Assembly: GCA_903861575.1 (NCBI GenBank)
Contig: CAIOUR010000022.1
Coordinates: 1-49,404, forward strand
Direction: 5' to 3'
From: an uncultured beta proteobacterium
GTDB lineage: Bacteria > Pseudomonadota > Gammaproteobacteria > Burkholderiales > Burkholderiaceae_C
Length of the DNA: 49,404 nucleotides
Positions 9,114 to 20,312 of the stretch are shown here, piece after piece (position 1 is the stretch's first letter; each line of letters begins with the position of its first letter). The translations under genes were made by a program, and so were the position numbers. The notes under the pieces were generated by a model that was given only the letters and a program-made list of their open reading frames with translations, was not told the DNA's origin and did not search any database.

Positions 9114-10406
9114 ATGCAGCGGATCGCAATCATTGGTTCAGGAATTTCGGGTCTGGCTGCTGCCCACGGCCTTCGAGGGCGGTCCAACGTCTCCCTTTTT
9201 GAGGCTGCCGACTATTTCGGCGGCCACACCCACACGGTGGATGTCACCCTACCCACGACAGATGGCCCCCGCACCCATGGTGTGGACACCGGGTTTCTGG
9301 TTTTCAATGAGCGAACCTACCCTCAATTGATCAAGCTGTTTGCCAAGCTCGGCGTGCCCAGCGCCAAATCCGATATGTCCTTCTCGGTTCAAGTGCCGCA
9401 CGGTAATGGCCAATTGGAATGGAGCGGTGCCAGCCTAGCCACGGTTTTTGCACAACCCGCGAATGCGCTGCGCCCCGGCTTTTGGCGCATGTTGCGCGAC
9501 ATCCTGCGCTTCAACCGCATCTGCACCGGCATTGCAGTGCGCCAAGCGGAGTCCGAGCTAAACCAGCCACTCGGCGCCTTTTTGGCACAACAAGGGTTTA
9601 GCACCGAATTTCGCGATTGGTATTTTTTGCCTATGCTGGGCTGTATTTGGAGCTGCCCGACGCAGCAAATGCTGGACTTTCCTGTGGCCACCATGATCCG
9701 CTTTTGCCACAACCACGGCCTCATGCAAGTCAGCGACCGCCCGGCCTGGTGGACCGTGCCAGGTGGCGCGCGCCAGTATGTTGAAAAAATCGTCGCCCAG
9801 ATTCCGGACAAACGGCTCAACACCGCCGTGCTGAGCGTACGGCGGGACGAACAAGGCATTGCCCTGCAGTTCCGCGACGGTGCCGGCATCCACACCGAGC
9901 GCTTTGACAAAGTGGTCTTTGCCACCCATTCCGACGAAACGCTGGCCTTGCTGACCGATGCGAGCACCGCCGAGCGCGAAGTACTCGGCGCGGTTGCCTA
10001 TCAACCCAATGTGGCCGTGCTCCATACCGACGCCAGCGTGCTGCCGCGCCGCCGCGCGGCTTGGGCGGCCTGGAATTACCAGGGTGGCACTGGCAGCGGC
10101 CCCACGTCGCAGCCACGCGTATGCCTGCATTACCTTCTCAACAAACTGCAGCCTTTACCGTTTACGCAAGCCGTGGTGGTTTCGCTCAATCCGCTGCAAG
10201 CCATAGACCCGGCGCTGACCCTGGGTCGCTTCCATTACGCGCACCCGGTGTTTGACATGGCGGCGATCCGCGCCCAATCGCAACTACCGGATTTGCAGGG
10301 GCATAAAGGCACTTTCTTCTGCGGTGCCTGGACCGGCTACGGTTTCCATGAAGACGGCTTGAAATCGGGCCTGGATGTGGCAGCGCGCATCGCGGGTAGC
10401 CTCTGA
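9114..10406 (+). CDS. FAD-dependent oxidoreductase (COG2907; UfaD-like)
   Basis: IAIIGSGISGL, GGHTHT, VDTGFLVFNERTYP, AWAAWNY, GYGFHEDGLKSG. Confidence 0.9.
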   Translation: MQRIAIIGSGISGLAAAHGLRGRSNVSLFEAADYFGGHTHTVDVTLPTTDGPRTHGVDTGFLVFNERTYPQLIKLFAKLGVPSAKSDMSFSVQVPHGNGQLEWSGASLATVFAQPANALRPGFWRMLRDILRFNRICTGIAVRQAESELNQPLGAFLAQQGFSTEFRDWYFLPMLGCIWSCPTQQMLDFPVATMIRFCHNHGLMQVSDRPAWWTVPGGARQYVEKIVAQIPDKRLNTAVLSVRRDEQGIALQFRDGAGIHTERFDKVVFATHSDETLALLTDASTAEREVLGAVAYQPNVAVLHTDASVLPRRRAAWAAWNYQGGTGSGPTSQPRVCLHYLLNKLQPLPFTQAVVVSLNPLQAIDPALTLGRFHYAHPVFDMAAIRAQSQLPDLQGHKGTFFCGAWTGYGFHEDGLKSGLDVAARIAGSL

Positions 10407-10407
10407 C

Positions 10408-11175
10408 ATGGCCCTTGCGCATCCGTATATAGGCTTTGGTGTGGTTCGCCATACGCGACTGCGCCCGGCAGCGCACGCTTTCGCTTACCCCACGTATTTT
10501 TTGATGCTGCCCATGCGCAGCTTGCGCACCCAAGCGCCCGGTGCATTGGCGCTGAACCGCTTTGCGCCCATCAGTTTTTTTGATTGCGACCACGGCGATG
10601 GGCGCGGGCCACAAAACGGTGGGGCGCTGGCCTGGCTGGACGACGAGTTGGCACGCCAGGGCGTTTTGGACGCCGACGGCGAGGTCTGGTTGCATTGCTA
10701 CCCGCGGGTTTGGGGCTTCACATTCAAGCCGGTGAGTTTTTGGTATTGCCACCGCGCCGATGGCAGCCTGCGCGCCATCGTCGTGGAGGTCAACAACACC
10801 TTTGGCGAGCGCCATTGCTACCTACTCGACAACCCGCGCCTCGGTGCGGAATTAGCTGCAGTCAAGGTATTCCACGTGTCACCCTTTGCCACGGTGGAGG
10901 GCGCGTACCGTTTTCGTTTTATGGTGACCCCAGGCCGCGAACGCACAGTGGCCCGTGTTGATTGGCATGACCACCTCGGACCCGTTCTGCAAACCAGCGT
11001 CAGTGGCCGCTTGGAACCAATCAGTGCGCGCCAGCTCCGCCGAGCCGCATGGGGCTATCCTTTAATGACGCTGGCCCTTGTGGCGCGCATCCACTGGCAG
11101 GCGCTGCAACTCTGGCATAAGCGTGTTCCGTTTTTTCGCAAGCCGGCGCCCCCTGAACAATTTGTGACGCGGTGA
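10408..11175 (+). CDS. DUF1365 protein (UfaO-like)
   Basis: HTRLRPAAHAFAY, FKPVSFWYC, EVNNTFGERHCY, FHVSPF, IHWQALQLW. Confidence 0.9.
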   Translation: MALAHPYIGFGVVRHTRLRPAAHAFAYPTYFLMLPMRSLRTQAPGALALNRFAPISFFDCDHGDGRGPQNGGALAWLDDELARQGVLDADGEVWLHCYPRVWGFTFKPVSFWYCHRADGSLRAIVVEVNNTFGERHCYLLDNPRLGAELAAVKVFHVSPFATVEGAYRFRFMVTPGRERTVARVDWHDHLGPVLQTSVSGRLEPISARQLRRAAWGYPLMTLALVARIHWQALQLWHKRVPFFRKPAPPEQFVTR

Positions 11176-11222
11176 ACCGCTTGATTACCATCTCGCTTTT
11201 TTCTGACGTTTGAAACCTCTCC

Positions 11223-12449
11223 ATGCGCAGTAACACCGCCAACCCGACTTCGACGCCCCTGCCGGCCCACATGCCCGCTGCGGCGCGCACGGTGCTCTCG
11301 CTGCTACGTCGCCTTGAAATCGGTAGCCTCACCGTCCAACTGCCTGACGGCTCGGTACGGTGCTATGGGCATCAAGAGCAGCCGCATGCCACACTGACGC
11401 TGCACAACTGGAAGCCCCTATCCGCCGCACTCCAGTCGGGTGACATCGGCTTTGCTGAGAGCTATATCGCGGCTGACTGGACCAGCTCCAACCTGACCGA
11501 TTTGCTGCGCCTGCTGATCCGCAACCGCGCCGTGATTGACCGGGCTATTTTCGGCAGCTGGTGGGGCGTCGCGCTGTACCGCATCAAACACCTGCTCAAG
11601 CGCAACACGCGTGGCAACAGCAAGAAAAACATCCACGCGCACTACGACCTGGGTAATAACTTCTACACCCTGTGGCTGGACGAGTCCATGAACTACTCTA
11701 GCGCCTTGTTCGGCGGCGACCTCACGCGCAGCACCACGCAAGCGCAAGAGGCCAAAGTCCGCCGGGCACTCACCGAAGTCCAGGCCGGTGCCGGGACGCG
11801 CATTTTGGAGATTGGCTGCGGCTGGGGCGCATTGGCTGAAATGGCAGCCTGCGATTTCGGTGCGCGTCTGAGCGGCGTGACACTCAGCACTGAGCAGCTG
11901 GACTTCGCGAACCAACGTATGCAGCGACTGGGCGTACAGCAGCAGGTCGATTTGCGTTTACGAGACTACCGCGACATCAACGATGGTCCGTTTGACGCCA
12001 TATGCTCGATTGAAATGCTCGAAGCTGTCGGCCAGGAATATTGGCCCACGTATTTTCAAACGGTGGCCCGTCTTCTCAAGCCCGGTGGTCGTGCGTGTAT
12101 TCAGAGCATCGTGATCGCCGACAGCTTGTTTGAACGCTATCTGCGGAATACCGATTTCATCCAGCAGTACATTTTTCCCGGCGGCTGTCTGCCCAGCCCG
12201 TCCGCGCTGCGGACCCAGGCGCAGGCCGCCGGCTTGGAAGTGGTGAATGAGTTGGCATTCGGACACGATTACGCCGAGACGCTCAAGCGCTGGCGTACCG
12301 CCTTTTTGGAGCGCCGCGCCGACGTCATGGCCAGCGGCTTTGACCAGCGGTTTATGCATATATGGGAGTTTTACCTGGCTTATTGCGAAGCCGGATTTGC
12401 AGAAGACAACCTAGATGTCCTGCAAGTCACCCTGAGAAAGCCTGCATGA
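11223..12449 (+). CDS. cfa: Cyclopropane-fatty-acyl-phospholipid synthase family SAM methyltransferase (Cfa/UfaM-like)
   Basis: NIHAHYDLGN, LEIGCGWG, SIEMLEAVG, FIQQYIFPGG, WEFYLAYCEAGF. Confidence 0.9.
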   Translation: MRSNTANPTSTPLPAHMPAAARTVLSLLRRLEIGSLTVQLPDGSVRCYGHQEQPHATLTLHNWKPLSAALQSGDIGFAESYIAADWTSSNLTDLLRLLIRNRAVIDRAIFGSWWGVALYRIKHLLKRNTRGNSKKNIHAHYDLGNNFYTLWLDESMNYSSALFGGDLTRSTTQAQEAKVRRALTEVQAGAGTRILEIGCGWGALAEMAACDFGARLSGVTLSTEQLDFANQRMQRLGVQQQVDLRLRDYRDINDGPFDAICSIEMLEAVGQEYWPTYFQTVARLLKPGGRACIQSIVIADSLFERYLRNTDFIQQYIFPGGCLPSPSALRTQAQAAGLEVVNELAFGHDYAETLKRWRTAFLERRADVMASGFDQRFMHIWEFYLAYCEAGFAEDNLDVLQVTLRKPA

Positions 12450-13006
12450 CATCCAACCGCCTGTGGTTCGTCCTGTCGCTGTGCATTGCATCGCTGGTTC
12501 ACCTCCCCGGCCATGCTGAGGCCCCATCGATTGCGGTGGCTGCTGAGGTAAAGGCGGAGTTGCCGGAGGCGCGCCCCGTGGGCGCTTCGCGCATGCGCTT
12601 CCTGGGTATGGACATCTACGACGCCCGTTTGTTTGCCCCTGCACTGAAGCGTGGCGACTACACCGCTACGCCCTTTGCGCTGGAGGTGCAGTACTTGCGT
12701 GGATTTGAAAGCGCATCGATTGCCGAGCGCTCACTCAAAGAAATGCGCCGCGTCGGCACCATCAGCTCTGAAAAAGAAAAGAGCTGGCTGGACGCCATGC
12801 GCAATGCATTTCCAGATGTGAAATCCGGTGACCGCATCACAGGCTTTCACAAGCCGGGCGTGGGGACGCGCTTTTTCGTCAACGGCTTAGCGCGTGCCAG
12901 CATCGACGACCCTGAGTTCAGCCGCTTCTTTTTTGGCATTTGGCTCAGCCCGCACACCAGTGAACCCAAGATGCGCACCGAGTTGCTTGCTGGGGCCAGC
13001 GACTGA
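12446..13006 (+). CDS. Chalcone-isomerase-like fold exported protein
   Basis: Signal peptide, then FLGMDIYDARL, FPDVKSGDRITG, FFGIWLSPHTSEP. Confidence 0.85.
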   Translation: MTSNRLWFVLSLCIASLVHLPGHAEAPSIAVAAEVKAELPEARPVGASRMRFLGMDIYDARLFAPALKRGDYTATPFALEVQYLRGFESASIAERSLKEMRRVGTISSEKEKSWLDAMRNAFPDVKSGDRITGFHKPGVGTRFFVNGLARASIDDPEFSRFFFGIWLSPHTSEPKMRTELLAGASD

Positions 13007-14301
13007 TGGAGGCCACCCTGCCTCACCCCGACTCGCAGTCGGGTTCGGCAGGGCTGGGTAGCGCCGCAACGCTGCGCTATGGCTTCATGGGCTTTGCGCT
13101 GGCTTTTGTCGCGCTGCCCTTGTACGTGCTGTTGCCCCATTACTACGCGGCACACTTTGGGCTGCCCCTGGCCACGCTGGGCGTCTTATTGCTTGGTGGC
13201 CGCTTGTTGGACGCACTGCTGGACCCGCTTATGGGCCGGGGCATCAACCGCTTGCTGCACCACGCGCCGGCGCAAGCGCTTTCATGGGCGGCGGGGGCGG
13301 CGCTGGCTTTAGCAGCCGGTTTTGCAGGGCTATGGTTTCCGTTGTGGACGCAGGGTGATGGGCTATTGCTCAACCTTTCGATCACCCTGCTGCTGACCTA
13401 TCTGGCTTTCAGCGCCTTGACCATCGCGCACCAATCCTGGGGCGCGCTGCTGGGGGGCAACGAGGTGCAACGTGCCCGCATCGTGGTCTGGCGCGAAGGC
13501 CTCGGTCTGGCAGGGGTACTTGTGGCGTCGGTTGCCGGCACGCTGTGGGACATACGGGTCAGCGTGGGGCTGCTCTGGCTGGCCCTGCCCCTTGCGTGGT
13601 GGGGCTGGCGCAGCGGTCCGCAACCCGCCCTGGCGCCCGCACAGCCCTTGGCTCCGGCAGACGCAGGACCACGGCCGATGGCAGATCCGGCATTCCGGGC
13701 CTTGCTGGCGGTATTCATGCTCAACGGCATCGCCAGCGCCTTACCGGCAACGCTCATGCTATTTTTTGTCCAGGACCTGCTGCAAGCACAGGGCAATATG
13801 CAGCCGCTGTTTTTGGGGACTTACTTTGTGTGTGGTGCGCTGGGCATGGGTATCTGGCTGGCGCTGGTGGCGCGCTGGGGGCTGCTGCGCAGCTGGTTGA
13901 CCGGGATGCTGCTGGCCTGTGCGGTCTTCTCATTTGCGGCGACGCTAGGGCCGGGGGATGCCTGGGGTTACGCCGCCGTGTGCGCTGCCAGCGGTTTGGC
14001 CTTGGGTTCTGACCTGGCGCTGCCGGGCGCCATGTTGGCAGGCATCACCCAGCGCGCACGCCAACGCTGCGGCGCGCAAGAGGGCGCTTACTTCGGCTGG
14101 TGGAGCTGCGCCACCAAGCTGAACCTGGCTTTAGCCGCAGGGCTGGCCCTGCCAGCGCTGGCCGCCTTGGGCTACGCACCCGGTGCGCAAGATCCCCAGG
14201 CGCTGCAAGCGCTGACCTGGGCATACTGTTTACTGCCCTGCGGGCTGAAGCTGGCAGCCGCAGGTCTGCTGTTTTTTTTCCACTCCCGAAAGACTTTATG
14301 A
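13006..14301 (+). CDS. MFS transporter (GPH/Na+-melibiose symporter-like)
   Basis: About 12 hydrophobic segments; LAFVALPLYV, RLLDALLDPLMG, YFGWWSCATKLNLALA. Confidence 0.88.
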   Translation: MEATLPHPDSQSGSAGLGSAATLRYGFMGFALAFVALPLYVLLPHYYAAHFGLPLATLGVLLLGGRLLDALLDPLMGRGINRLLHHAPAQALSWAAGAALALAAGFAGLWFPLWTQGDGLLLNLSITLLLTYLAFSALTIAHQSWGALLGGNEVQRARIVVWREGLGLAGVLVASVAGTLWDIRVSVGLLWLALPLAWWGWRSGPQPALAPAQPLAPADAGPRPMADPAFRALLAVFMLNGIASALPATLMLFFVQDLLQAQGNMQPLFLGTYFVCGALGMGIWLALVARWGLLRSWLTGMLLACAVFSFAATLGPGDAWGYAAVCAASGLALGSDLALPGAMLAGITQRARQRCGAQEGAYFGWWSCATKLNLALAAGLALPALAALGYAPGAQDPQALQALTWAYCLLPCGLKLAAAGLLFFFHSRKTL

Positions 14302-14831
14302 AACGACGCATGCTTTTTGGCGCGGTCGCAGGCGCCGCACTGGCATTGGGCGGTTGCGCCACCCACCAGGTTGAAGACTACGCCAACCAGCAACCGCCGC
14401 TGGACTTGCGCCAGTATTTCAACGGCACACTGGACGCGTACGGGATTTTTACGGACCGCTCCGGCAAAGTGGTCAAACGCTTTACCGTGCTGATGCAATG
14501 CAGCTGGGAAGGCGACAACGGCGTTCTGGATGAAGACTTCACCTATTCCGACGGTACCAAGCAGCGGCGCATCTGGCGGCTCAAGGCCCTGCCGGACGGC
14601 CGTTACGAGGGGCGCGCGGATGATGTGATCGGTGGTGCGCAAGGACAGGCGGCTGGCAATGCGCTGAACTGGCGCTACACATTGGCCTTGCCGGTGGATG
14701 GTTCGGTCTATGAGGTGCAGTTTGATGACTGGATGTACCTGATGAACGACAAAGCGATGCTCAACAAGGCGCAAATGCGCAAGTTCGGTATTTACCTGGG
14801 CGAAGTCACGCTGGCCTTTACCAAGCGCTGA
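14298..14831 (+). CDS. DUF3833 lipoprotein
   Basis: Lipobox LALGGC; LDLRQYFNG, LDEDFTYSDG, FDDWMY. Start moved to ATG 14298. Confidence 0.9.
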   Translation: MKRRMLFGAVAGAALALGGCATHQVEDYANQQPPLDLRQYFNGTLDAYGIFTDRSGKVVKRFTVLMQCSWEGDNGVLDEDFTYSDGTKQRRIWRLKALPDGRYEGRADDVIGGAQGQAAGNALNWRYTLALPVDGSVYEVQFDDWMYLMNDKAMLNKAQMRKFGIYLGEVTLAFTKR

Positions 14832-14843
14832 GGGCTAAGGCAT

Positions 14844-15626
14844 ATGGGCTTGTTTTTCACTCCGCTGAACCCGTCGGTTGCCGATTGGCGCGGCAAAACC
14901 GTGTGGCTGATTGGTGCCAGCAGCGGCATTGGTGAAGCCACCGCCGCCGCCTTGCATGCGGCAGGTGCGCAGGTGGTGGTATCCGCGCGGCGCGCAGACG
15001 CACTGACCGGTTTCACGCAGGCGCACGCGGGTAGCGTGGCGATTCCCTTGGACGTGACCGATGCAGCAGGGGTCCAGCAGGCTGCGGCGCAGGTGCTGGC
15101 GCGCGGGCCGCTGGATTGCGTGGTCTATTGCAGCGGCATCTACACACCCACGCGCGCCTTTGCGCTGGATGCCGCCGATGCCCTGCGCCACATGGACGTG
15201 AACTACAACGGCGCGCTGCGGGTGCTGGCAAGCGTGCTGCCCACAATGCTGGCCCAAGGGCATGGGCATATCAGCCTGGTCAGCAGCGTCGCCGGCTACC
15301 GGGGGCTGACCAACGGTCTGGTCTACGGCCCCACCAAGGCGGCGCTGACCCATTTGGCCGAAGGGCTATACCTGGATTTGCACGCGAAGGGCCTGGGTGT
15401 TTCAGTCATCAGCCCGGGGTTTGTCGAAACACCCGCCACGGCCGTCAACGACTTTGCGATGCCCGCGCTGATTACCGCCGCACAAGCGGCGCAACACATG
15501 CTGACGGGCTGGGCCGCGGGCGATTTTGAGATCCATTTCCCCAAGCGCTTCACGCGTTTCATGCAGCTGCTGCGCATCCTGCCGGACCGCTTGTACTTTG
15601 CGCTCGTCAAGAGGATCACACAATGA
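14844..15626 (+). CDS. Short-chain dehydrogenase/reductase
   Basis: WLIGASSGIG, YGPTKAA (YxxxK), PGFVETP. Confidence 0.93.
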   Translation: MGLFFTPLNPSVADWRGKTVWLIGASSGIGEATAAALHAAGAQVVVSARRADALTGFTQAHAGSVAIPLDVTDAAGVQQAAAQVLARGPLDCVVYCSGIYTPTRAFALDAADALRHMDVNYNGALRVLASVLPTMLAQGHGHISLVSSVAGYRGLTNGLVYGPTKAALTHLAEGLYLDLHAKGLGVSVISPGFVETPATAVNDFAMPALITAAQAAQHMLTGWAAGDFEIHFPKRFTRFMQLLRILPDRLYFALVKRITQ

Positions 15627-16072
15627 CCGCGTCCACCCACACAGTGCCTGCGCATGTGGCGCGTGTCATCGCTTTTTTTGAAACACTGACACCCCAAACG
15701 TTGGCCAGGTTAGCGGACATTTATGCAGCGGATACGCGCTTCAAAGATCCATTCAATGACGTGCAGGGCTTGGAAGCAGTGCGGCAGGTTTTTGAGCATA
15801 TGTTCGTGGCCCTGCAACAGCCGCGCTTTATCATCACCCGCCAGGTCAGCCAAGGCGCTGATTGCTTTATCACCTGGGATTTTTATTTTTACCTTGGCAA
15901 CTACCGGCGCGGCGTGGAGCAAAAAATCTCAGGTGCAACGCACCTGCTTTTTGACGCAGAAGGCCGGGTGCTGGTCCACCGCGACTACTGGGACGCAGCA
16001 GAAGAGCTATACGAAAAACTGCCCCTGGTGGGAGGCCTGATGCGTTGGCTCAAACGCCGCGCCAGCAGCTGA
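15623..16072 (+). CDS. SnoaL/NTF2-like protein
   Basis: FKDPFNDVQG and HRDYWDAAEELYEKLP. Confidence 0.9.
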   Translation: MTASTHTVPAHVARVIAFFETLTPQTLARLADIYAADTRFKDPFNDVQGLEAVRQVFEHMFVALQQPRFIITRQVSQGADCFITWDFYFYLGNYRRGVEQKISGATHLLFDAEGRVLVHRDYWDAAEELYEKLPLVGGLMRWLKRRASS

Positions 16073-16708
16073 TCTATCGGCCGTCAGAGCGCCTTGCGGA
16101 GGCAGCGTGTCCATGAAGCTTTGGCGTTGCATCAGCTTGTCAAACAGCTTGTGCAAATTGGGATATGGACTGCGCCAGTCGATCTCGGGAAATCGAAAAT
16201 CCAAATAACCCAGTGCTACCACCACGCTGATATCGGAAAGCGACAAATGCACGCCGGAACAAAAAGCCTGTTCGCCCAACCCATTGGACATGGCCTGCAC
16301 GGCGGCGTGTACTTTGCTCAATTGCCGGTCTATCCAGGCGCTGCTGCGTTGCTCTGCGCTACGTCCGGCCCAAGTGGCCTCCAAGCGGGCCAGGATGGCT
16401 GCGTCGAGGACGCCGTCGGCAAGCGCCTCCCAGGTTTTCACGCCGGCCCGCTCGCGGCCCACCGTCGGTATGAGCTTGCCCACTGGCGAGAGTGCGTCCA
16501 GGTACTCAACAATGACGCGTGAATCGTACAAAGCTTCGGATCCCTCCATCACCAGACAGGGCACCTTGCCAAGCGGGTTGGCCTGCGTGATGGTGGTAGC
16601 GGCACTCCAAACATCTTCACTGACAAACTCGTAGTCCAACTTTTTCTCAGCCATGACGATGCGCACTTTGCGCACATAGGGGCTGGTTAACGAACCGATT
16701 AATTTCAT
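16007..16708 (-). CDS. Glutathione S-transferase family protein
   Basis: SLTSPYVRKVR, NPLGKVPCL, DSRVIVEYLD, LGYLDFRFPEIDWR. Confidence 0.93.
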   Translation of the reverse strand: MKLIGSLTSPYVRKVRIVMAEKKLDYEFVSEDVWSAATTITQANPLGKVPCLVMEGSEALYDSRVIVEYLDALSPVGKLIPTVGRERAGVKTWEALADGVLDAAILARLEATWAGRSAEQRSSAWIDRQLSKVHAAVQAMSNGLGEQAFCSGVHLSLSDISVVVALGYLDFRFPEIDWRSPYPNLHKLFDKLMQRQSFMDTLPPQGALTADRSAAGAAFEPTHQASHQGQFFV

Positions 16709-16809
16709 GTAGCGTTACTCTGACAAATTCCAAAAGGCATTTTAGGGACAACACGAGTGTGTCTCAGGGCCATTGTCTACCGAAAAAGGCTTGAGGGCCC
16801 CTTGTATAG

Positions 16810-18210
<1,401 letters not shown>

Positions 18211-18219
18211 TAGGCCAAC

Positions 18220-18780
18220 ATGGCCATCAAATCCACCATCTTCAAAGCTAGCCTGCAAATTGCCGACATCGACCACAGTTACTACGCAGACCACGCGCTG
18301 ACCCTGGCGCGCCACCCCAGCGAAACCGACGAACGCATGCTGATCCGGCTGGTCGCGCTGGCCATGCATGCGCACCAGCTGGTCACGGTCTGTCAGGGTG
18401 ACGGCACCCTGGCATTCGGGGCAGGGCTTTCGGACCCGGATGAGCCGGACGTCTGGCTCAAAGATTTCACGGGCCGCATCCGCTTATGGCTGGAGGTAGG
18501 GCAACCAGAAGACAAGCCTCTGCTCAAAGCCTGCGGCAAAGCGGACACGGTGGTCTTGTACTGCTTCCACCACGCGGCAGAAGTCTGGTGGCGCGGCATG
18601 GAAAACAAACTCAGCCGGGCACGGAACCTCGAAGTCTGGCGCATCCCCACCGACGCGGCGCAAGCGCTGATCCCACTGGCCCAGCGCAGCATGCAATTGC
18701 AAGCGACCGTCCAAGAAGGCACTCTGACGCTGAGCGACAGTGCCCACAGCGTGGTGGTTGAACCCGTGCGCTGGAAATAA
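18220..18780 (+). CDS. yaeQ: YaeQ family protein
   Basis: MAIKSTIFK...LARHPSETDERM...GLSDPDEPDVW...WLEVGQP. Confidence 0.93.
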   Translation: MAIKSTIFKASLQIADIDHSYYADHALTLARHPSETDERMLIRLVALAMHAHQLVTVCQGDGTLAFGAGLSDPDEPDVWLKDFTGRIRLWLEVGQPEDKPLLKACGKADTVVLYCFHHAAEVWWRGMENKLSRARNLEVWRIPTDAAQALIPLAQRSMQLQATVQEGTLTLSDSAHSVVVEPVRWK

Positions 18781-18802
18781 GGCGCGGGGCCAAAACGAAG
18801 CG

Positions 18803-19222
18803 CTAGCCCGGTGGGTGTCGCTCGGCGGCGCGTTCCGCGTATTTGTTGAAGCGCCAAGCGCTGGCGTCTAGCGTGATGCGCCGCCAGGTTTTGCGCTTCT
18901 CAGCAGGACTGAATTCCTGCCAGCGTTGCACTTCCTCAAAACTGCGTCCACAGCCTTTGCACCAGGCGTCGCCCTGGCTGGTGGAGCAAATGGCGATGCA
19001 CGGCGTATCGGGCGTACTTTGGTACCAAGCCAACCAAGCCGCCTTGGCTGGAGCGGGCATGGTGACTTCGTCCACTTCAGTAAACCGGTAATACACCATC
19101 AGACCATAGACCTCGGCCAAGGCACGGGTAGCTCCCGGCAGACGAACACCGTCGGGTGAAGGTTCGCGGGTGCGCCAGTAGTTGATGGCGGCTTCAATGT
19201 CGGTGATGTGGATAGCAGGCAT
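18803..19222 (-). CDS. DUF3717 plus DUF1289-like (Cys-rich) fusion protein
   Basis: IHITDIEAAINYWR N-terminal part and PCIAICSTSQGDAWCKGCGRSFEEVQRW C-terminal part. Start moved to ATG 19222. Confidence 0.78.
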   Translation of the reverse strand: MPAIHITDIEAAINYWRTREPSPDGVRLPGATRALAEVYGLMVYYRFTEVDEVTMPAPAKAAWLAWYQSTPDTPCIAICSTSQGDAWCKGCGRSFEEVQRWQEFSPAEKRKTWRRITLDASAWRFNKYAERAAERHPPG

Positions 19223-19292
19223 ACAGGCGGCGCTTTGGGGCAGGCATCTTAACGATGGATGCGGCCATAGTCTCGCGCATGGTTTAATCAAG

Positions 19293-19425
19293 CTTGAAGG
19301 GGAGTAACTCCCACCAACATCATGCCTTTTGGCACCGCCTGTTGGATCGACCTGCCGTCAGTACGGAGCTTTAGCTCCCGGTTTGTCGGGCCCGCACCAT
19401 GTGGGTCGAGTAAGACCTTCGACTA
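19293..19425 (+). ncRNA. yybP-ykoY manganese riboswitch
   Basis: 5' TTGAAGG-GGAGTAAC; 3' GAGTAAGA-CCTTCGA closing stem; internal CCGTCAGTACGG element; lies in the leader of a TerC-family gene, the known context for this riboswitch. Confidence 0.85.
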
Positions 19426-19507
19426 AGTGCCGCACGGCATGGTCGAGGGCTCGCCTGCAAACCCCGCCGCTGCCTTGCGCTTTTTCTACTGTGTTTGAAA
19501 GACGTAT

Positions 19508-20212
19508 ATGGAACTTTTTACTGCTCCCTGGTGGTCCGCATTGTTGGCCATCATCCTGATTGATCTGGTTTTGGCCGGTGACAACGCTATCGTGATCGCG
19601 CTGGCCGCACGCAACCTGCCTGCTGCATTACAGCGTAAGGCCATCGTATGGGGCACCGTCGGTGCCATCGTAGTGCGCGCCATCATGACCGTGGGCGTTG
19701 TCTGGCTGCTACAAATTCCGGGCCTCATGCTCGCAGGCGGACTGGGTCTACTCTGGATTGCCTACAAGCTCTTGGCCGATCAAGACGACGGGCACGCGGC
19801 TGACCCCCGCGTCACTACGTTTTGGGGCGCCATGCGCACCATCGTCGTAGCCGATGCCTTGATGGGCGTGGACAACGTTCTGGGTGTCGCAGGGGCTGCG
19901 CACGGGCAGTTCGACCTGGTCTTGATCGGATTGCTGGCCAGCGTGCCGATCGTGGTCTTTGGCAGTAGCGTGGTACTTCGTCTTGTTGAGCGTTTCCCCG
20001 TGATCATCCTGCTGGGTTCAGCCGTACTGGCGCTGACTGCCGCGCAGATGGTGCTCGGTGAACCGCTGTTGTCAGACTATGTACAGGGTGAAGAACGCCT
20101 GCCCCTACGAGCCGCGATTTACACAATGGCCATCGCCATGGTGTGTGGCGCGGGTTGGTGGGCCGCACGGCGATCACATCCAAAAAATGGTGACTCCGAC
20201 GCACGTGTTTGA
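19508..20212 (+). CDS. TerC/YjbE-family membrane protein (riboswitch-controlled)
   Basis: IDLVLAGDNAIVIALAARNLP and ADALMGVDNVLGVAGAA motifs. Confidence 0.92.
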   Translation: MELFTAPWWSALLAIILIDLVLAGDNAIVIALAARNLPAALQRKAIVWGTVGAIVVRAIMTVGVVWLLQIPGLMLAGGLGLLWIAYKLLADQDDGHAADPRVTTFWGAMRTIVVADALMGVDNVLGVAGAAHGQFDLVLIGLLASVPIVVFGSSVVLRLVERFPVIILLGSAVLALTAAQMVLGEPLLSDYVQGEERLPLRAAIYTMAIAMVCGAGWWAARRSHPKNGDSDARV

Positions 20213-20312
20213 ACACGACCCAACGGCGCATGGGCGGCTGTCCTGCTGCCCATGCAGCTTTGGTAGCCGGATTGGGTCCTTGCTGTACACCGGGTTCAAT
20301 CTGATCATCAAT

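Noticed and set aside
20228-20255. Hairpin GCATGGGCGGC-N6-GCTGCCCATGC between convergent terC and bepA
   Set aside because: No U-tract on either strand and no second copy noticed; not enough to call a terminator or REP.
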